Positions 13,910 through 23,644 of a DNA stretch of 64,000 nucleotides are shown in pieces. The stretch's first letter is position 1, and every line of letters begins with the position of its first letter. The position numbers were made by a program, and so were the translations under genes. Origin of the DNA: Alphaproteobacteria bacterium (GTDB lineage Bacteria > Pseudomonadota > Alphaproteobacteria > BOG-932 > Roseiterribacteraceae); NCBI GenBank assembly GCA_035493715.1, contig DATJHU010000050.1:2481-66480 (forward strand). The letters run 5' to 3'. The notes under the pieces are model-generated. The model saw only the letters and a list, made by a program, of their open reading frames with translations, searched no databases and was not told the origin of the DNA.

Positions 13910-14185
13910 ATGCGTATCCGGTTGGCCGTGGCCCTGACGATATTCGGGTCGCTTGTGTTGGTGTTGCCCGTTTCGGCCCAGGAAACCGGCGTCACCGGCA
14001 CGGACACCGCGAAAAGCGGGATCGCGAGCACGCCGGTGAAGAAGCCGCAGAACCATATGGCCGCCAAGAAGAAATCCGCCGCCGGCGCAATAGACAACAC
14101 GAAGCCGGCGACAGCCGCCGCCGAGGCCAAGGCGATGACCAAAGACCCCGATTTCAAGGCGCGGAACGCCGTGATTCCGCCGTGA
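13910..14185 (+). CDS. Small secreted Lys/Ala-rich hypothetical protein
   Basis: GGAG RBS, signal peptide ending VSA-Q, low-complexity mature part. Confidence 0.6.
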   Translation: MRIRLAVALTIFGSLVLVLPVSAQETGVTGTDTAKSGIASTPVKKPQNHMAAKKKSAAGAIDNTKPATAAAEAKAMTKDPDFKARNAVIPP

Positions 14186-14207
14186 GGGTGACACCAAGGC
14201 GCCCGAG

Positions 14208-15419
14208 CTATTTGGCCCCGCCCCATAAGGCCAGATTCGCCCGTGACGTCGCAACCGCCGCAGGCCAGACAACGATGTTCTGCGGGAACAGCTCCAGATA
14301 GACGCCCTGCTGCGCGGCCGGCGTCTTCGTCTTGCCCTCGGGATAGATCCCCTTGAACAGCATCTCGCGGAACTGTGGGCTGCCGGTGCACGGCACTGCG
14401 TTGGCGGGCGAAGAGCCGCTGCACGCCGCGCCGTCTTTCGGATAGTTCCCAAGGAGCTCGTTCGTCTGCCAGCCGAGCCGGGCATTGGCGCCGGCGGCCG
14501 CATCGAAATAGGCGGCCTGGCTGCGCGCATAGGACGTGTTGCCGGGCGCCGGCGCGATGACCAACGAATCGAAGCCGAGCGCCAGCCGGCCCGGCATCGC
14601 GGCACCGGCGTCGGCGATCAGGGTGGCGGCGAACTGCTTCGACAGGTACTCGGCTTTCGCCGGCGTGGAAGCCGCGCTGCCGTCGGCCTCGATACCGGGA
14701 AAGGCGTTGATGCCGATGAAGCCGATATTGAACGACTTGTCCGGGAAATATTTCAGATAGGCCTTGAGCATCGTGCCCCAGGCGGCCCGCACCTTGGCCG
14801 GCGTGTAATCCAGCCCTTGCCAGGTCTTTACAGCGTCGTGCCTGCACGCCGCCGTTGCAGGCAGGCGCAGCTCGTTCGTCGTCGTCGCGATGCCGTCCAA
14901 CTTCAGCATGCCGAGATGCGCATAGGTCTTCCCGGCATGCAGATGCTGCGCAAGCTGCCGCATCATATCGTCGAAGGCCGACAGATAGGCGGCATCGTAG
15001 GGCGCGGCCATCGTGAAGCTCTGGCAGCCGCCCGCCGAGGCGGCATCGACGTAAAAGGTGGCGTGGCGCGCCCCCATGCCCGCCGGCTGCGGCGCGGTCA
15101 CCCAGCCCGGCAGGGCGGCGCCGACGACGATGCCGATCTCGAACCGTTTATGCGCCGCCGTCGCCAGCGCCACCACGCGGTCCAGCGAAGACCAATCGTA
15201 GACCTTCTTGGTTGTCGGGCTGATCTTGTTCCAGCGCAGATGGATCAGCAGCCCGTCGACGCCCGACTGCTTCAGCGCCCGCGCGGTGATGGCATCCTGC
15301 GCTGGCGATACGGCATCGACGATGGAGTAGACCCCGCCGGGCGGCGTCGCAGCCATTGCGGGAAGACCGACCAAAGAGGTGACGGCAGCCAGCCACCCGC
15401 CCGCGAGGCGCAACTTCAT
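14208..15419 (-). CDS. Secreted TIM-barrel glycoside-hydrolase-like protein
   Basis: Signal peptide; GVDGLLIHLRWNKISP...YDWSSLDRVV, LPGWV, PYDAAYL, TNELRLP resemble GH42/GH35/clan A N-termini. Confidence 0.6.
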   Translation of the reverse strand: MKLRLAGGWLAAVTSLVGLPAMAATPPGGVYSIVDAVSPAQDAITARALKQSGVDGLLIHLRWNKISPTTKKVYDWSSLDRVVALATAAHKRFEIGIVVGAALPGWVTAPQPAGMGARHATFYVDAASAGGCQSFTMAAPYDAAYLSAFDDMMRQLAQHLHAGKTYAHLGMLKLDGIATTTNELRLPATAACRHDAVKTWQGLDYTPAKVRAAWGTMLKAYLKYFPDKSFNIGFIGINAFPGIEADGSAASTPAKAEYLSKQFAATLIADAGAAMPGRLALGFDSLVIAPAPGNTSYARSQAAYFDAAAGANARLGWQTNELLGNYPKDGAACSGSSPANAVPCTGSPQFREMLFKGIYPEGKTKTPAAQQGVYLELFPQNIVVWPAAVATSRANLALWGGAK

Positions 15420-15493
15420 AATGCCGATCCCCCCGTGCTCGCGGAACATATTCTAGCAGGACTTCACGGATGTTCCGCGGAGGTCCTGCGCGT

Positions 15494-16126
15494 CTAGCGC
15501 AGGAGCCAGATCGTCTCCTGCGCCGGACAGATTCCCTTCAGCCCGCCCGGGACGTCCGCTGTCTCAAGCGCGGTCAGGACATAGGTGTCACGATAAAGCC
15601 GATCCACCTCGGCGGCGCCGATCGAGAACGGTGGCCCGTCGACCAGGCTCTGGTCGTATTCGAAACAGATCAGCAATTGCGGCGCGCGGACGGTGATCTC
15701 GACCAGATGCGGGGCGTAGCGATCCCGCATTGGCTGCGGCAGGGCGACCAGGGCGGCGCGGTCATAGATCGCGTCGACCGGGCCGAGCGCGGCGCGCGTC
15801 AGTTCGAAGATATCGCCGACGAAGATGTCGATGCCGTCTGCGCTGTAGCGGCGGAGCGCGCCGACGGGCGTGATTTCCGGCGTGACGCCGAGTTCGGCGA
15901 ACAGTTGCTCGATGGCAAGCACGCTGAGTTCGGCCCCCGATACCCGCATGCCCTTCGACAGCAGCCAATGGATATCCCGCGTCTTACCGCAGAGCGGCAG
16001 GAACACCCGGCTGTCGGGCTTCAGGGACAGCGCATCGAAATGCTCGACTAAAAGGCCGTTGGCCTGACCTTCATGAAAGCGGGTCTCGCCCAGCTCCCAT
16101 TTTTGCAGCCAGAAATTCGGATCCAT
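15494..16126 (-). CDS. tpm: Thiopurine S-methyltransferase
   Basis: MDPNFWLQKW, VFLPLCGKTRD, IYDRAALVALP, GPPFSI. Confidence 0.93.
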   Translation of the reverse strand: MDPNFWLQKWELGETRFHEGQANGLLVEHFDALSLKPDSRVFLPLCGKTRDIHWLLSKGMRVSGAELSVLAIEQLFAELGVTPEITPVGALRRYSADGIDIFVGDIFELTRAALGPVDAIYDRAALVALPQPMRDRYAPHLVEITVRAPQLLICFEYDQSLVDGPPFSIGAAEVDRLYRDTYVLTALETADVPGGLKGICPAQETIWLLR

Positions 16127-16174
16127 TATGTGCAACCGTTCTAGAATAGGGTGAACGCACTAAGGAGGCTCCCC

Positions 16175-16372
16175 GTGCTCCTCGCAACCGAAATCGTCCT
16201 GCTGGCCTTCGCACTCATCGCTTTCGCGCCGGATGCGCCGCTCGCCAAGCGGCTGCGGCGCTGGCTGATCGAGGCGCCGGTCCCACCGGCAACGTCCCAG
16301 GCTCCCGCTCTCGGCCGGCGATGCCGACCCGCACGGAGCCTGGGCGTTCGCATGATGCAGGCCCGGCCTTAG
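16175..16372 (+). CDS. Small hypothetical membrane protein, possibly truncated
   Basis: Strong AAGGAGG RBS before GTG; hydrophobic N-terminus followed by PLAKRLRRWLIEAP. Confidence 0.35.
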   Translation: MLLATEIVLLAFALIAFAPDAPLAKRLRRWLIEAPVPPATSQAPALGRRCRPARSLGVRMMQARP

Positions 16373-16779
16373 CCCTGCGGCATCTGGGACATGTCCATAT
16401 AGACCACTTCCCAGATATGGCCGTCCGGATCCTCGAAGCTTCGGCCGTACATGAAGCCGTGATCCTGCGGCGGGTTGATGTCGGCCTTGCCGCCATGCGC
16501 GCCGGCGGCCTCGGTCATCGTATCGACCGACGCCCGGTCGTCGGCCGAGAGCGCCAGCATCACCTCGCTCGCCTGATGCGCGTCGACGATCGGCTTCTTG
16601 GTGAAAAAGGACCATTTTTCATGGTTCATCAGCATCACGGTGATGGTGTCTGAGATGACCATGGAGGATGTGGACTCGTCGCTGAACTGCAGGTTCTTCT
16701 CAGCGCCGATGGCTGCATAGAACGCCGTCGCCTTGGCCACGTCCCTCACGGCCATGTTGATGAAAATCTGCTTCGCCAT
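16369..16779 (-). CDS. VOC/glyoxalase family protein
   Basis: IFINMAVRDVAKATAFY, DHGFMYGRSFEDPDGHIWE. Confidence 0.92.
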   Translation of the reverse strand: MAKQIFINMAVRDVAKATAFYAAIGAEKNLQFSDESTSSMVISDTITVMLMNHEKWSFFTKKPIVDAHQASEVMLALSADDRASVDTMTEAAGAHGGKADINPPQDHGFMYGRSFEDPDGHIWEVVYMDMSQMPQG

Positions 16780-16945
16780 TGTCGGCTCTCCCCTTGATGC
16801 GAATACGAACAGGTTATGACGCCCTGAGGACGCACGGTTATCGCCATTACCGACATTCGCGTCGAAAAAAATTTGCGGCCGGCTACTGATTTTTAGATAG
16901 TAAAGTTTATTGACTAATCTGACGCCTCGCGCTTACGCTCCGGTC

Positions 16946-17422
16946 ATGACCGACGAAATCCCTTGGTACGAGCAGATCGCGATCCCAGCCTTGCTCAGAC
17001 ACGCGCGCAGCACCTACGGCAACGCCATGCGCCAAGCCCTGACAGAGGCCGGCTATGACGACGTGCCGCGCAACGGGCTCTACGTAATCGGCGGGATGGC
17101 AATGGGCGCCGGTGGCGTGCCGCTGGGACAGCTGGTGCGGGAGCTCGGCATCTCCAAGCAGGCGGCTGGACAGCTGGTCGATACGCTGGTGCTGCGCGGC
17201 TATCTGGAGCGCACGGTCGATCCCGACGACCGGCGCAAGCTGACCGTCACCCTCACGGAACGCGGCATGGCCGCCGCAGCCGCGCAGACCGCCGCGCGGG
17301 AGAAGATCGACGCCGCACTGCTGGAGCGGGTCGGCGACAAGGCCGTCCTCGCGACCCGCCGGACCCTCGCGGCGCTGATCGGCATCGGCAAGGAAAGCCG
17401 GCCGGAACCGGAGGAACACTAG
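16946..17422 (+). CDS. MarR family transcriptional regulator
   Basis: LGISKQAAGQLVDTLVLRGYLER...DPDDRRKLTVTLTERG. Confidence 0.9.
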   Translation: MTDEIPWYEQIAIPALLRHARSTYGNAMRQALTEAGYDDVPRNGLYVIGGMAMGAGGVPLGQLVRELGISKQAAGQLVDTLVLRGYLERTVDPDDRRKLTVTLTERGMAAAAAQTAAREKIDAALLERVGDKAVLATRRTLAALIGIGKESRPEPEEH

Positions 17423-18183
17423 GCGGCGACCGTCTCGATCATCTGGATGTCCAGCATGAAGGAGCCGTCATCCTCGATCGCGAAATGCGATCGCACTGCC
17501 CCGGACGCGGTGGCCTGTAGTGCGCGGATCGCAGCCTGATTGACCTGTGGCGTGCGCATGCGCGCCGTCCATACGGCGAAATCCATCCGCAGCCGCCACG
17601 TGTGCATCGCGCTGACGGCAAAACCGGCGCCCGCCAGCGTCGCCAGCCATTCGGCCGCGCTGTAGTTGCGGGCATGCGACGTGTCGCGCAGCAGCTCGAT
17701 CGCCTGGAGATGGGTGTCGAGCAAGGCCGTGTGCGGCGCGTAGGCGTCGATGAAGATCGCCGGCGCGCCCGGCTTCAGCACCCGCCGCGCCTGGCGAATG
17801 CCGGCAGCGAAGTCCCGCCAATGATGGGCGGAATAGCGGCAGGCCAGGAAATCGAACGCGCCGTCCGCGAACGGCAGATCCTCCGCGGGCGCCAGCGCCG
17901 TTTCGATATTGGGCAGCCCCTTCTCCCGCGCGGTGGCGGCGACGGCGGCCAACATCTCCGCCGACAGGTCGGTCGCGGTCACCGTTCCGGCATGGCGCGC
18001 CAGCGTGTAGGCGACGTGCCCGCCGCCGCAGCCGAGATCGAGCGCACGCACCGGACCGGCATCGCGTGCCAGCCCGTTCAGACGCTGCAGATCCTCGCCC
18101 TGCGCGTGCACCGCGCTTTCCACATAGGCCCGGGCGCGCGGCCCGAACTGACTCTCCACCACCGCTTCGTGCGCTTTCGACAT
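17419..18183 (-). CDS. Class I SAM-dependent methyltransferase (YafE/YcgJ-like)
   Basis: QFGPRARAYVESAVHAQGEDL, ALDLGCGGGH, RYSAHHW, RDTSH. Confidence 0.9.
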   Translation of the reverse strand: MSKAHEAVVESQFGPRARAYVESAVHAQGEDLQRLNGLARDAGPVRALDLGCGGGHVAYTLARHAGTVTATDLSAEMLAAVAATAREKGLPNIETALAPAEDLPFADGAFDFLACRYSAHHWRDFAAGIRQARRVLKPGAPAIFIDAYAPHTALLDTHLQAIELLRDTSHARNYSAAEWLATLAGAGFAVSAMHTWRLRMDFAVWTARMRTPQVNQAAIRALQATASGAVRSHFAIEDDGSFMLDIQMIETVAA

Positions 18184-18226
18184 GCCGTCCTCCAATGCGT
18201 TGACGGCGGCAGAATGGCGAGATTTT

Positions 18227-18260
18227 ATGCTGTTACAATATGAGAATTTATCCTGGTATA
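18227..18260. promoter_or_regulatory. ATGCTGTTA...TTATCCTGGTATA box (copy 1)
   Basis: The same bipartite motif recurs at 21250-21282. Confidence 0.55.
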
Positions 18261-18451
18261 AATGCTCCCGCGATTACCTTCAGGCACCGAGCATCGTGGG
18301 TTCCGCCGCTCAATCACCTGCTTAAGCGGCGGCTCGGCAGGAGGCCCGCCGAGACCAAGGACTTTTCCCAAAAACGTAAGTGGAGTTTCCTTAGAATTTT
18401 CATTAAATAATAGGAAAAATGTTCGCGGCGCGGCGCTGAGGGAGAATCGTC

Positions 18452-21229
18452 ATGTCTTCAGTCACCTATGTGATGTCCGATCAAACCAGCAGCGGTCTGC
18501 ATGCCGAAAACGGGGACGACATCGAGGTTCTGTTCGGCGGGACGACGAGCGCTTCGGTCGTATCTTCCGGTGGATTTGAAGGGGTCGCGGGCGTCGCCAA
18601 CGGCACGATCCTATCGAGCGGCGGAATCCAGGATGTGTTTTCCGGTGGCATCGCGAATGCAACAGCCGTATCCGGCGGCGGGCAGATCGTCGAGAGCGGG
18701 GGCGTCGCGAGCGGCACGATCCTGTCGGGGACGGGCGACGCCTACGCAACCGTCGACGTAAGTTCCGGAGGGGTGGTCAGCACTGTAAGCGCAGGTCCGT
18801 TTGGAGGCATTTACATTCACGACGGCGGCGAAGCCGTCGACAGCTTCATACTCTCAGGTTGGGAGTACGTCTCGGGCGGCGCCGTCGCTACCGGTACGAC
18901 CGTGGAAAATGGCAACCTCTATGTCGAGGCCGGCGGATCGGCGGTAAGCGCGGTGATCAGCAGCGGCGCCAGATTTAATGTAAGCGCGGGCGGCACCGTA
19001 TTGGACGCGACCGTCTACGGCGTCGAATTCCTGGCGGGCACCGATAGCGGCACGATGATCGGCGTCAGCGGTTTTCAGCAGATCCTGCCCGGCGGCGTTG
19101 CCGTTGGAGACACCGTTTCCGGCGGCTTTCAATTCATTTCCAATGGCGGGCTGGCAAGCGGCTCGATCCTGCTCGGTGGTGGCAGTCTCGACGTCGCATC
19201 CGGTGGCGTCGCCAGCGGTTCAGTCATAAGCGGCAATGGCGTCGAGCATGTGAGCGGCGGCAAGTCGATCAGCGCCGTCGTCAGTTCCGGCGGACATCAG
19301 ATAGTCGGCCCCGGGGGCAGAACGACGGGCACGCTGGTACTTTCGGCCGGCCAGGAGGTCGTCTCCGCCGGCGGGGTCGCGATCTCCGGAACCGTCACAT
19401 TCAGCGGCACGCTGATCGTCTCGTCCGGCGGAACCGCGTCCGGCACCCTCACCAGCAGCGGCGCTACGATCGAAATCTACGGCAAAACGGTAAGCACGGT
19501 CGACCAGTTCGGCTACACGGAAGAGCATATCCATTCCGGCGGCGTGGCGAGCGCCAGCAATGTGCAGCACGGCGAGCATCAATACATATCGAAAGGCGGT
19601 CTCGCGGTCAGCGCAACAGTGACCAGCAACGCGCTTCAACTCGTTTACGGGACAGCGAGCGGCACCATGGTCGGTGCGATCGGCGCCCAGGCGGTCTATA
19701 GCGGCGGGCACGCTTTCGGCACCCGGATTTCGGGCGGCGGAAGCGCGTATATTTCCTCCGGCGGCGTCGCCAGCAACACCACCATCGTATCCGGCGGAAT
19801 GTTCGTCGATCGATCCGCAAAGGCGATCGGCGTGACGCTCAGCTCGGCCGGCACGGTGTACCTCGCCTCCGGAGGAACCGTCAGTGCGATGACGATCCTG
19901 GGCGGCAAGGCGCGGATTCGCGGCCAAAGCTTCGATGCCACGGTCGGCGCGACCGGTTCGCAGATCATCGATATCGGCGGACGCGCGACCGGCACCACGG
20001 TCTCGAACGGCGGTTATGAGCTGGTGACCCTTAGCGGTACCGCCAGCGGCACGGTGATTTCCTCAGGGGGCTTTGAGCTCATTTCGTCGGGGGGCCGAGG
20101 CGTCGGCGAAATCGTGCGGGCCGATGGCACATTCCAGCTGCTGAGTGGGGGACGCGCCAGCAACACGGTCGTGAGCAGCGGCGGCACGGAGATCGTGTCA
20201 TCGGGCGCCGTGCTGATCGGAACGACGGTTCTGGCAAACGGCAAGCTGATCTTTGCCGGCGGTCAAGTCAGCGGCCTGGTCTTGTCGAACGGCGGGCGGC
20301 TGGGGATCGCCTCCGGGACAACCCTGACCGGCCAATCGGTATCGAAGGGCATATGGCTCTTCGTATCGTCCGGCGGCACGGCGAAGAACACGACCGTCTT
20401 GTCGGGCGGAACGCTGGTCTATGCCGGCGGCAAGATCAGCGGCACCGTGCTGAAGGATGGCGGCATTCTGTCCGTGCAGGGCGCCGGCGTTTCGGCGAGC
20501 GGGTTGGCGGTGAGCGGCAATCAGGCGCTGCAAGTCGGCCTCAAAGGCACTTTGGTCGGTGCGACGGCGGTCGCGGGTGGCTCCATCCAGGTGAGCCCGC
20601 AGGGCGGGGGCGGCCAGACGATCGGGGCTATCATATCGAGCGGCGGCGTCGAGGCGGTCCAAACCGGCGGCACGGCCAGCGGAACGAAAGTGCTCAGCGG
20701 CGGAAGGTTGATCTATAGCGGCGGAGCGGTGACCGGCCTGGTCGCGAGCAGCGGGGCTTCGCTTGCGGTCGCTTCCGGAATCACGGTGAACGGCGCAACG
20801 GTCACAAGCGGTGTCACGCTGACGGTGTCTTCAGGGGCCACCGCATCCAAGACAATCATCCAGGGCGGCAAGGAAATCGTGGCCTCCGGCGGGATCGTCG
20901 GCGGGGCGGTGACGTTCACCGGCACAAGCGGGACATTGTCGCTGGTTGGGACAACGGGCATCGCAGCCGCGATCTCCGGCTTCGCCAAGACGGATTCGAT
21001 CGACCTGACCGGCTTCGCATCGAAGAACGCGAAGCTGTCCTTCGTCGAGAATGCCGCGAAGACCAGCGGCACCCTGACGATCACGGACGGGTCGCTGAAG
21101 GCGACGGTCACGCTGTTCGGCCAGTACGTGGCCGGCGGTTTCAAGCTGGCCGGGGACGGCGCCGGCGGCACGGTCATCACCTATACCTCCGCCACCGCGG
21201 CGCACGCGGCAATCGCTGCACACCACTGA
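18452..21229 (+). CDS. AIDA-repeat (passenger-strand) adhesin-like protein without an autotransporter barrel
   Basis: Dozens of VxSGGxAxxTxVxxGG repeats; C-terminus ISGFAKTDSIDL...GTLTITDG...LFGQY...DGAGGTVI; GGAG RBS. Confidence 0.85.
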   Translation: MSSVTYVMSDQTSSGLHAENGDDIEVLFGGTTSASVVSSGGFEGVAGVANGTILSSGGIQDVFSGGIANATAVSGGGQIVESGGVASGTILSGTGDAYATVDVSSGGVVSTVSAGPFGGIYIHDGGEAVDSFILSGWEYVSGGAVATGTTVENGNLYVEAGGSAVSAVISSGARFNVSAGGTVLDATVYGVEFLAGTDSGTMIGVSGFQQILPGGVAVGDTVSGGFQFISNGGLASGSILLGGGSLDVASGGVASGSVISGNGVEHVSGGKSISAVVSSGGHQIVGPGGRTTGTLVLSAGQEVVSAGGVAISGTVTFSGTLIVSSGGTASGTLTSSGATIEIYGKTVSTVDQFGYTEEHIHSGGVASASNVQHGEHQYISKGGLAVSATVTSNALQLVYGTASGTMVGAIGAQAVYSGGHAFGTRISGGGSAYISSGGVASNTTIVSGGMFVDRSAKAIGVTLSSAGTVYLASGGTVSAMTILGGKARIRGQSFDATVGATGSQIIDIGGRATGTTVSNGGYELVTLSGTASGTVISSGGFELISSGGRGVGEIVRADGTFQLLSGGRASNTVVSSGGTEIVSSGAVLIGTTVLANGKLIFAGGQVSGLVLSNGGRLGIASGTTLTGQSVSKGIWLFVSSGGTAKNTTVLSGGTLVYAGGKISGTVLKDGGILSVQGAGVSASGLAVSGNQALQVGLKGTLVGATAVAGGSIQVSPQGGGGQTIGAIISSGGVEAVQTGGTASGTKVLSGGRLIYSGGAVTGLVASSGASLAVASGITVNGATVTSGVTLTVSSGATASKTIIQGGKEIVASGGIVGGAVTFTGTSGTLSLVGTTGIAAAISGFAKTDSIDLTGFASKNAKLSFVENAAKTSGTLTITDGSLKATVTLFGQYVAGGFKLAGDGAGGTVITYTSATAAHAAIAAHH

Positions 21230-21249
21230 CCGCGCCGCGAACAGCGGTC

Positions 21250-21282
21250 ATGCTGTTAAAGGGACGCGATTATCCTGGTATA
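21250..21282. promoter_or_regulatory. ATGCTGTTA...TTATCCTGGTATA box (copy 2)
   Basis: About 10 nt upstream of the MmyB-type regulator start. Confidence 0.55.
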
Positions 21283-21291
21283 TGAGCGTCC

Positions 21292-22071
21292 ATGGATGAC
21301 CTGGAACAGCGCCGGATGCTGGGCGAATTCCTGCGCGCGCACCGCGAACGGCTGGCCCCTGCCGCGCCTGCGGGGCGTAGGCGGACACCCGGCCTGAGGC
21401 GGGAGGAACTGGCCGCCCGGGCCGGCATCAGCGCGACCTGGTGCACCTGGATCGAGCAGGGCCGCGACGTGCAGGCCTCGCCGCATACGCTCGCCCGGCT
21501 GGCCGACGCGCTGCTGCTGACCCGGGCGGAGCGGGCCTATCTGTTCGAACTGGCAGGCCGGCGCGACCCGGCGGAACACGACGCTCCGCTTGCCGCCGAA
21601 GCCCCGGAGGCGCTGACCGCGACGATCGCGACGCTCGACTGTCCGGCCTATGGGCTGGACCGGTTCTGGAACGCCTGCTGCTGGAACGCGGCGGCGGCAC
21701 GGCTGTTCCCCGGCTGGCTGGGCGACGGCAGGCAGCGCAATCAGCTACGCTTCATCTTCCTGGAGCCGTCAGCCCGGCAGCTGATTCCCGACTGGGAAGA
21801 CAGGGCGCGCCGCGTTCTGGCGGAATTCCGCGCCGACTACAGCCGCCGATTCAACGATTCCGGCATGCGCGCGCTCGTGGACGCACTGACCGCCGAAAGC
21901 CCCCTCTTCGCCGAAGCCTGGCATGAGCAGGCGGTGCTGGAACGCGAGGGCGGGCGGCGGCGCTTTCGCCATCCGGAGGATGGACCGCTCGCCTTCGAAC
22001 AGCACAGCTTCACCCCGGCCGAACGGCCCGACTACAAGCTGGTTGTGCTGACGCCGGCCGCGGCCTCCTAG
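21292..22071 (+). CDS. XRE-HTH/MmyB family transcriptional regulator
   Basis: LGEFLRAHRERL, RRRTPGLRREELA, WIEQGR, WNAAA, HPEDG. Confidence 0.92.
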   Translation: MDDLEQRRMLGEFLRAHRERLAPAAPAGRRRTPGLRREELAARAGISATWCTWIEQGRDVQASPHTLARLADALLLTRAERAYLFELAGRRDPAEHDAPLAAEAPEALTATIATLDCPAYGLDRFWNACCWNAAAARLFPGWLGDGRQRNQLRFIFLEPSARQLIPDWEDRARRVLAEFRADYSRRFNDSGMRALVDALTAESPLFAEAWHEQAVLEREGGRRRFRHPEDGPLAFEQHSFTPAERPDYKLVVLTPAAAS

Positions 22072-22568
22072 CGCAAGACCCGTTCAAGGATCACCTGGTC
22101 GCGCAGCACGATCCCATCGACGGCGATACCTTCGGCATACCCCTTCTCGGGGCCGAAGGCGTCGCGGACGACGCGGGTCATGCGGAAGCCGCGACGCTGA
22201 TAGAAACGTAAATTGCCGATATCGGCCGCTGCGGTCGCGACAACGATTCTCCGGCAGCCGCCCTCGTCGGCCCGCCGCAGCGCCGCGGCGATCAACGCGC
22301 TTCCCACGCCCCTTCGCTGGCTGTCTTGGGCAACGGCAAGGCTCTTGATCTCGCATGCGTGCGCCTCGTCGTCATCGACGATCTGGATATGACCGACGAT
22401 GCCGTCGCCCGCTGTGGCAACCAGAACATCGCCCAGCGCGATATAGGACATGATCTGGCTTACGGAATCGTCGGCCGCGTGGAACAGATCCAGCAATGCC
22501 CGGCGATCCCCCTCGAACACGCGGATGCGGTGTAACCGGACGGGTTTTTCGGGCGAACGGGGGGACAT
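22068..22568 (-). CDS. GNAT acetyltransferase (start uncertain)
   Basis: IKSLAV...QRRGVGSALI, VATAAADIGNLRFYQRRGF. Confidence 0.8.
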   Translation of the reverse strand: MSPRSPEKPVRLHRIRVFEGDRRALLDLFHAADDSVSQIMSYIALGDVLVATAGDGIVGHIQIVDDDEAHACEIKSLAVAQDSQRRGVGSALIAAALRRADEGGCRRIVVATAAADIGNLRFYQRRGFRMTRVVRDAFGPEKGYAEGIAVDGIVLRDQVILERVLR

Positions 22569-23037
22569 GATCGCTCCATTCGCCCGCTTCACCCAAACGT
22601 TACTGCCGGCCGGCGGCTGGTTCGCGCTGCCGCTGCGCCTGATCGTCGGATACGGCTTCATGGAACATGGCTACGCCAAGCTCGCGCGCGGGCATGAGGT
22701 GTTCGCCGGCATATTGGGCGCGCTCGGCGTACCCATGCCGGAGATGATGAGCTGGGTGACCATCGCGGTCGAACTGCTGGGCGGGCTGGCGGTCTTCATG
22801 GGGGCGTTGGTGCCGCTGGCCGCGATCCCGATGGCGGCGGTGCTGCTGGTGGCGATTTTCACCGTCCACCTGCCGAATGGCTTCAGCTCGATCAAGCTGC
22901 TGTCGGTCACCAGCGACGGCGCGCATTTCGGGCAGCCCGGATATGAAACCGACCTGCTCTATCTCGCCTGTTTGGTCGCGCTGGCATTGGGCGGGGCCGG
23001 CCCATTGTCGATCGATCGGCTGCTGCGACGGCGCTGA
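22567..23037 (+). CDS. DoxX family membrane protein
   Basis: LRLIVGYGFMEHGYAKL, ELLGG, TVHLPNGF, GYETDLLY, GAGPLSID. Confidence 0.9.
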   Translation: MIAPFARFTQTLLPAGGWFALPLRLIVGYGFMEHGYAKLARGHEVFAGILGALGVPMPEMMSWVTIAVELLGGLAVFMGALVPLAAIPMAAVLLVAIFTVHLPNGFSSIKLLSVTSDGAHFGQPGYETDLLYLACLVALALGGAGPLSIDRLLRRR

Positions 23038-23062
23038 CCTTCAGGCGCCTTCGGCGCGGTGC

Positions 23063-23644
23063 CTATCCGACTTTCTTTTCGACGTCGGGCGGGCTCGGCA
23101 GCAGCGCCGTCGTGCCGATCATGATCAGCGCCGCCCCATAGCCGAACCACGGGCTGATCCAGGCCAACACGGCGCCGATCAGGTTGGCCGCGCTCATGCC
23201 GAAACCGATTGCGAGACGGCGGCGGCGCCACGATGCCAGGCGTGGGTTATCGTCAATCGTAGAGCGCGCGGTCAGACGCATCGAAAGCGCCGACAGCAGG
23301 AAGCCGCCGCAGCATGCCGCCATCAGGCTGGCGCCCAGGGGTTCGAGCGGACGCGCCGCCGCGTTGCGCGCGGCAAAGGGCAGGAGGGTGATCCAGAACA
23401 GGGCCACGAGGTTGAACAGCAGGGCGCGGCTGGATATCTCGGTCACGCGCGCCAGCGCGCCGTGATGCGTCAGCCACAAAACGCCGACCGCGGCGAAGGT
23501 GGCGGCATGCACCAGCAAAGCCGGCGCAATGTCGATCAGCCCGCGCAGCCCCGGATCCTCGGGGACGTGCAGATCCAGCACCAGGATCGTCATCACGATG
23601 GCGAAGACGCCGTCGCTGAAAAGTTCGAGCCTGTGCTTCGTCAT
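23063..23644 (-). CDS. TMEM175 (DUF1211) family K+ channel-like protein
   Basis: RLELFSDGVFAIVMTILVL signature, WLTHH, LLPF. Confidence 0.88.
   Translation of the reverse strand: MTKHRLELFSDGVFAIVMTILVLDLHVPEDPGLRGLIDIAPALLVHAATFAAVGVLWLTHHGALARVTEISSRALLFNLVALFWITLLPFAARNAAARPLEPLGASLMAACCGGFLLSALSMRLTARSTIDDNPRLASWRRRRLAIGFGMSAANLIGAVLAWISPWFGYGAALIMIGTTALLPSPPDVEKKVG

Noticed and set aside
18452-21229. Repetitive DNA as a possible CRISPR or tandem array
   Set aside because: Repeats are degenerate protein-level AIDA repeats with no constant repeat-spacer structure
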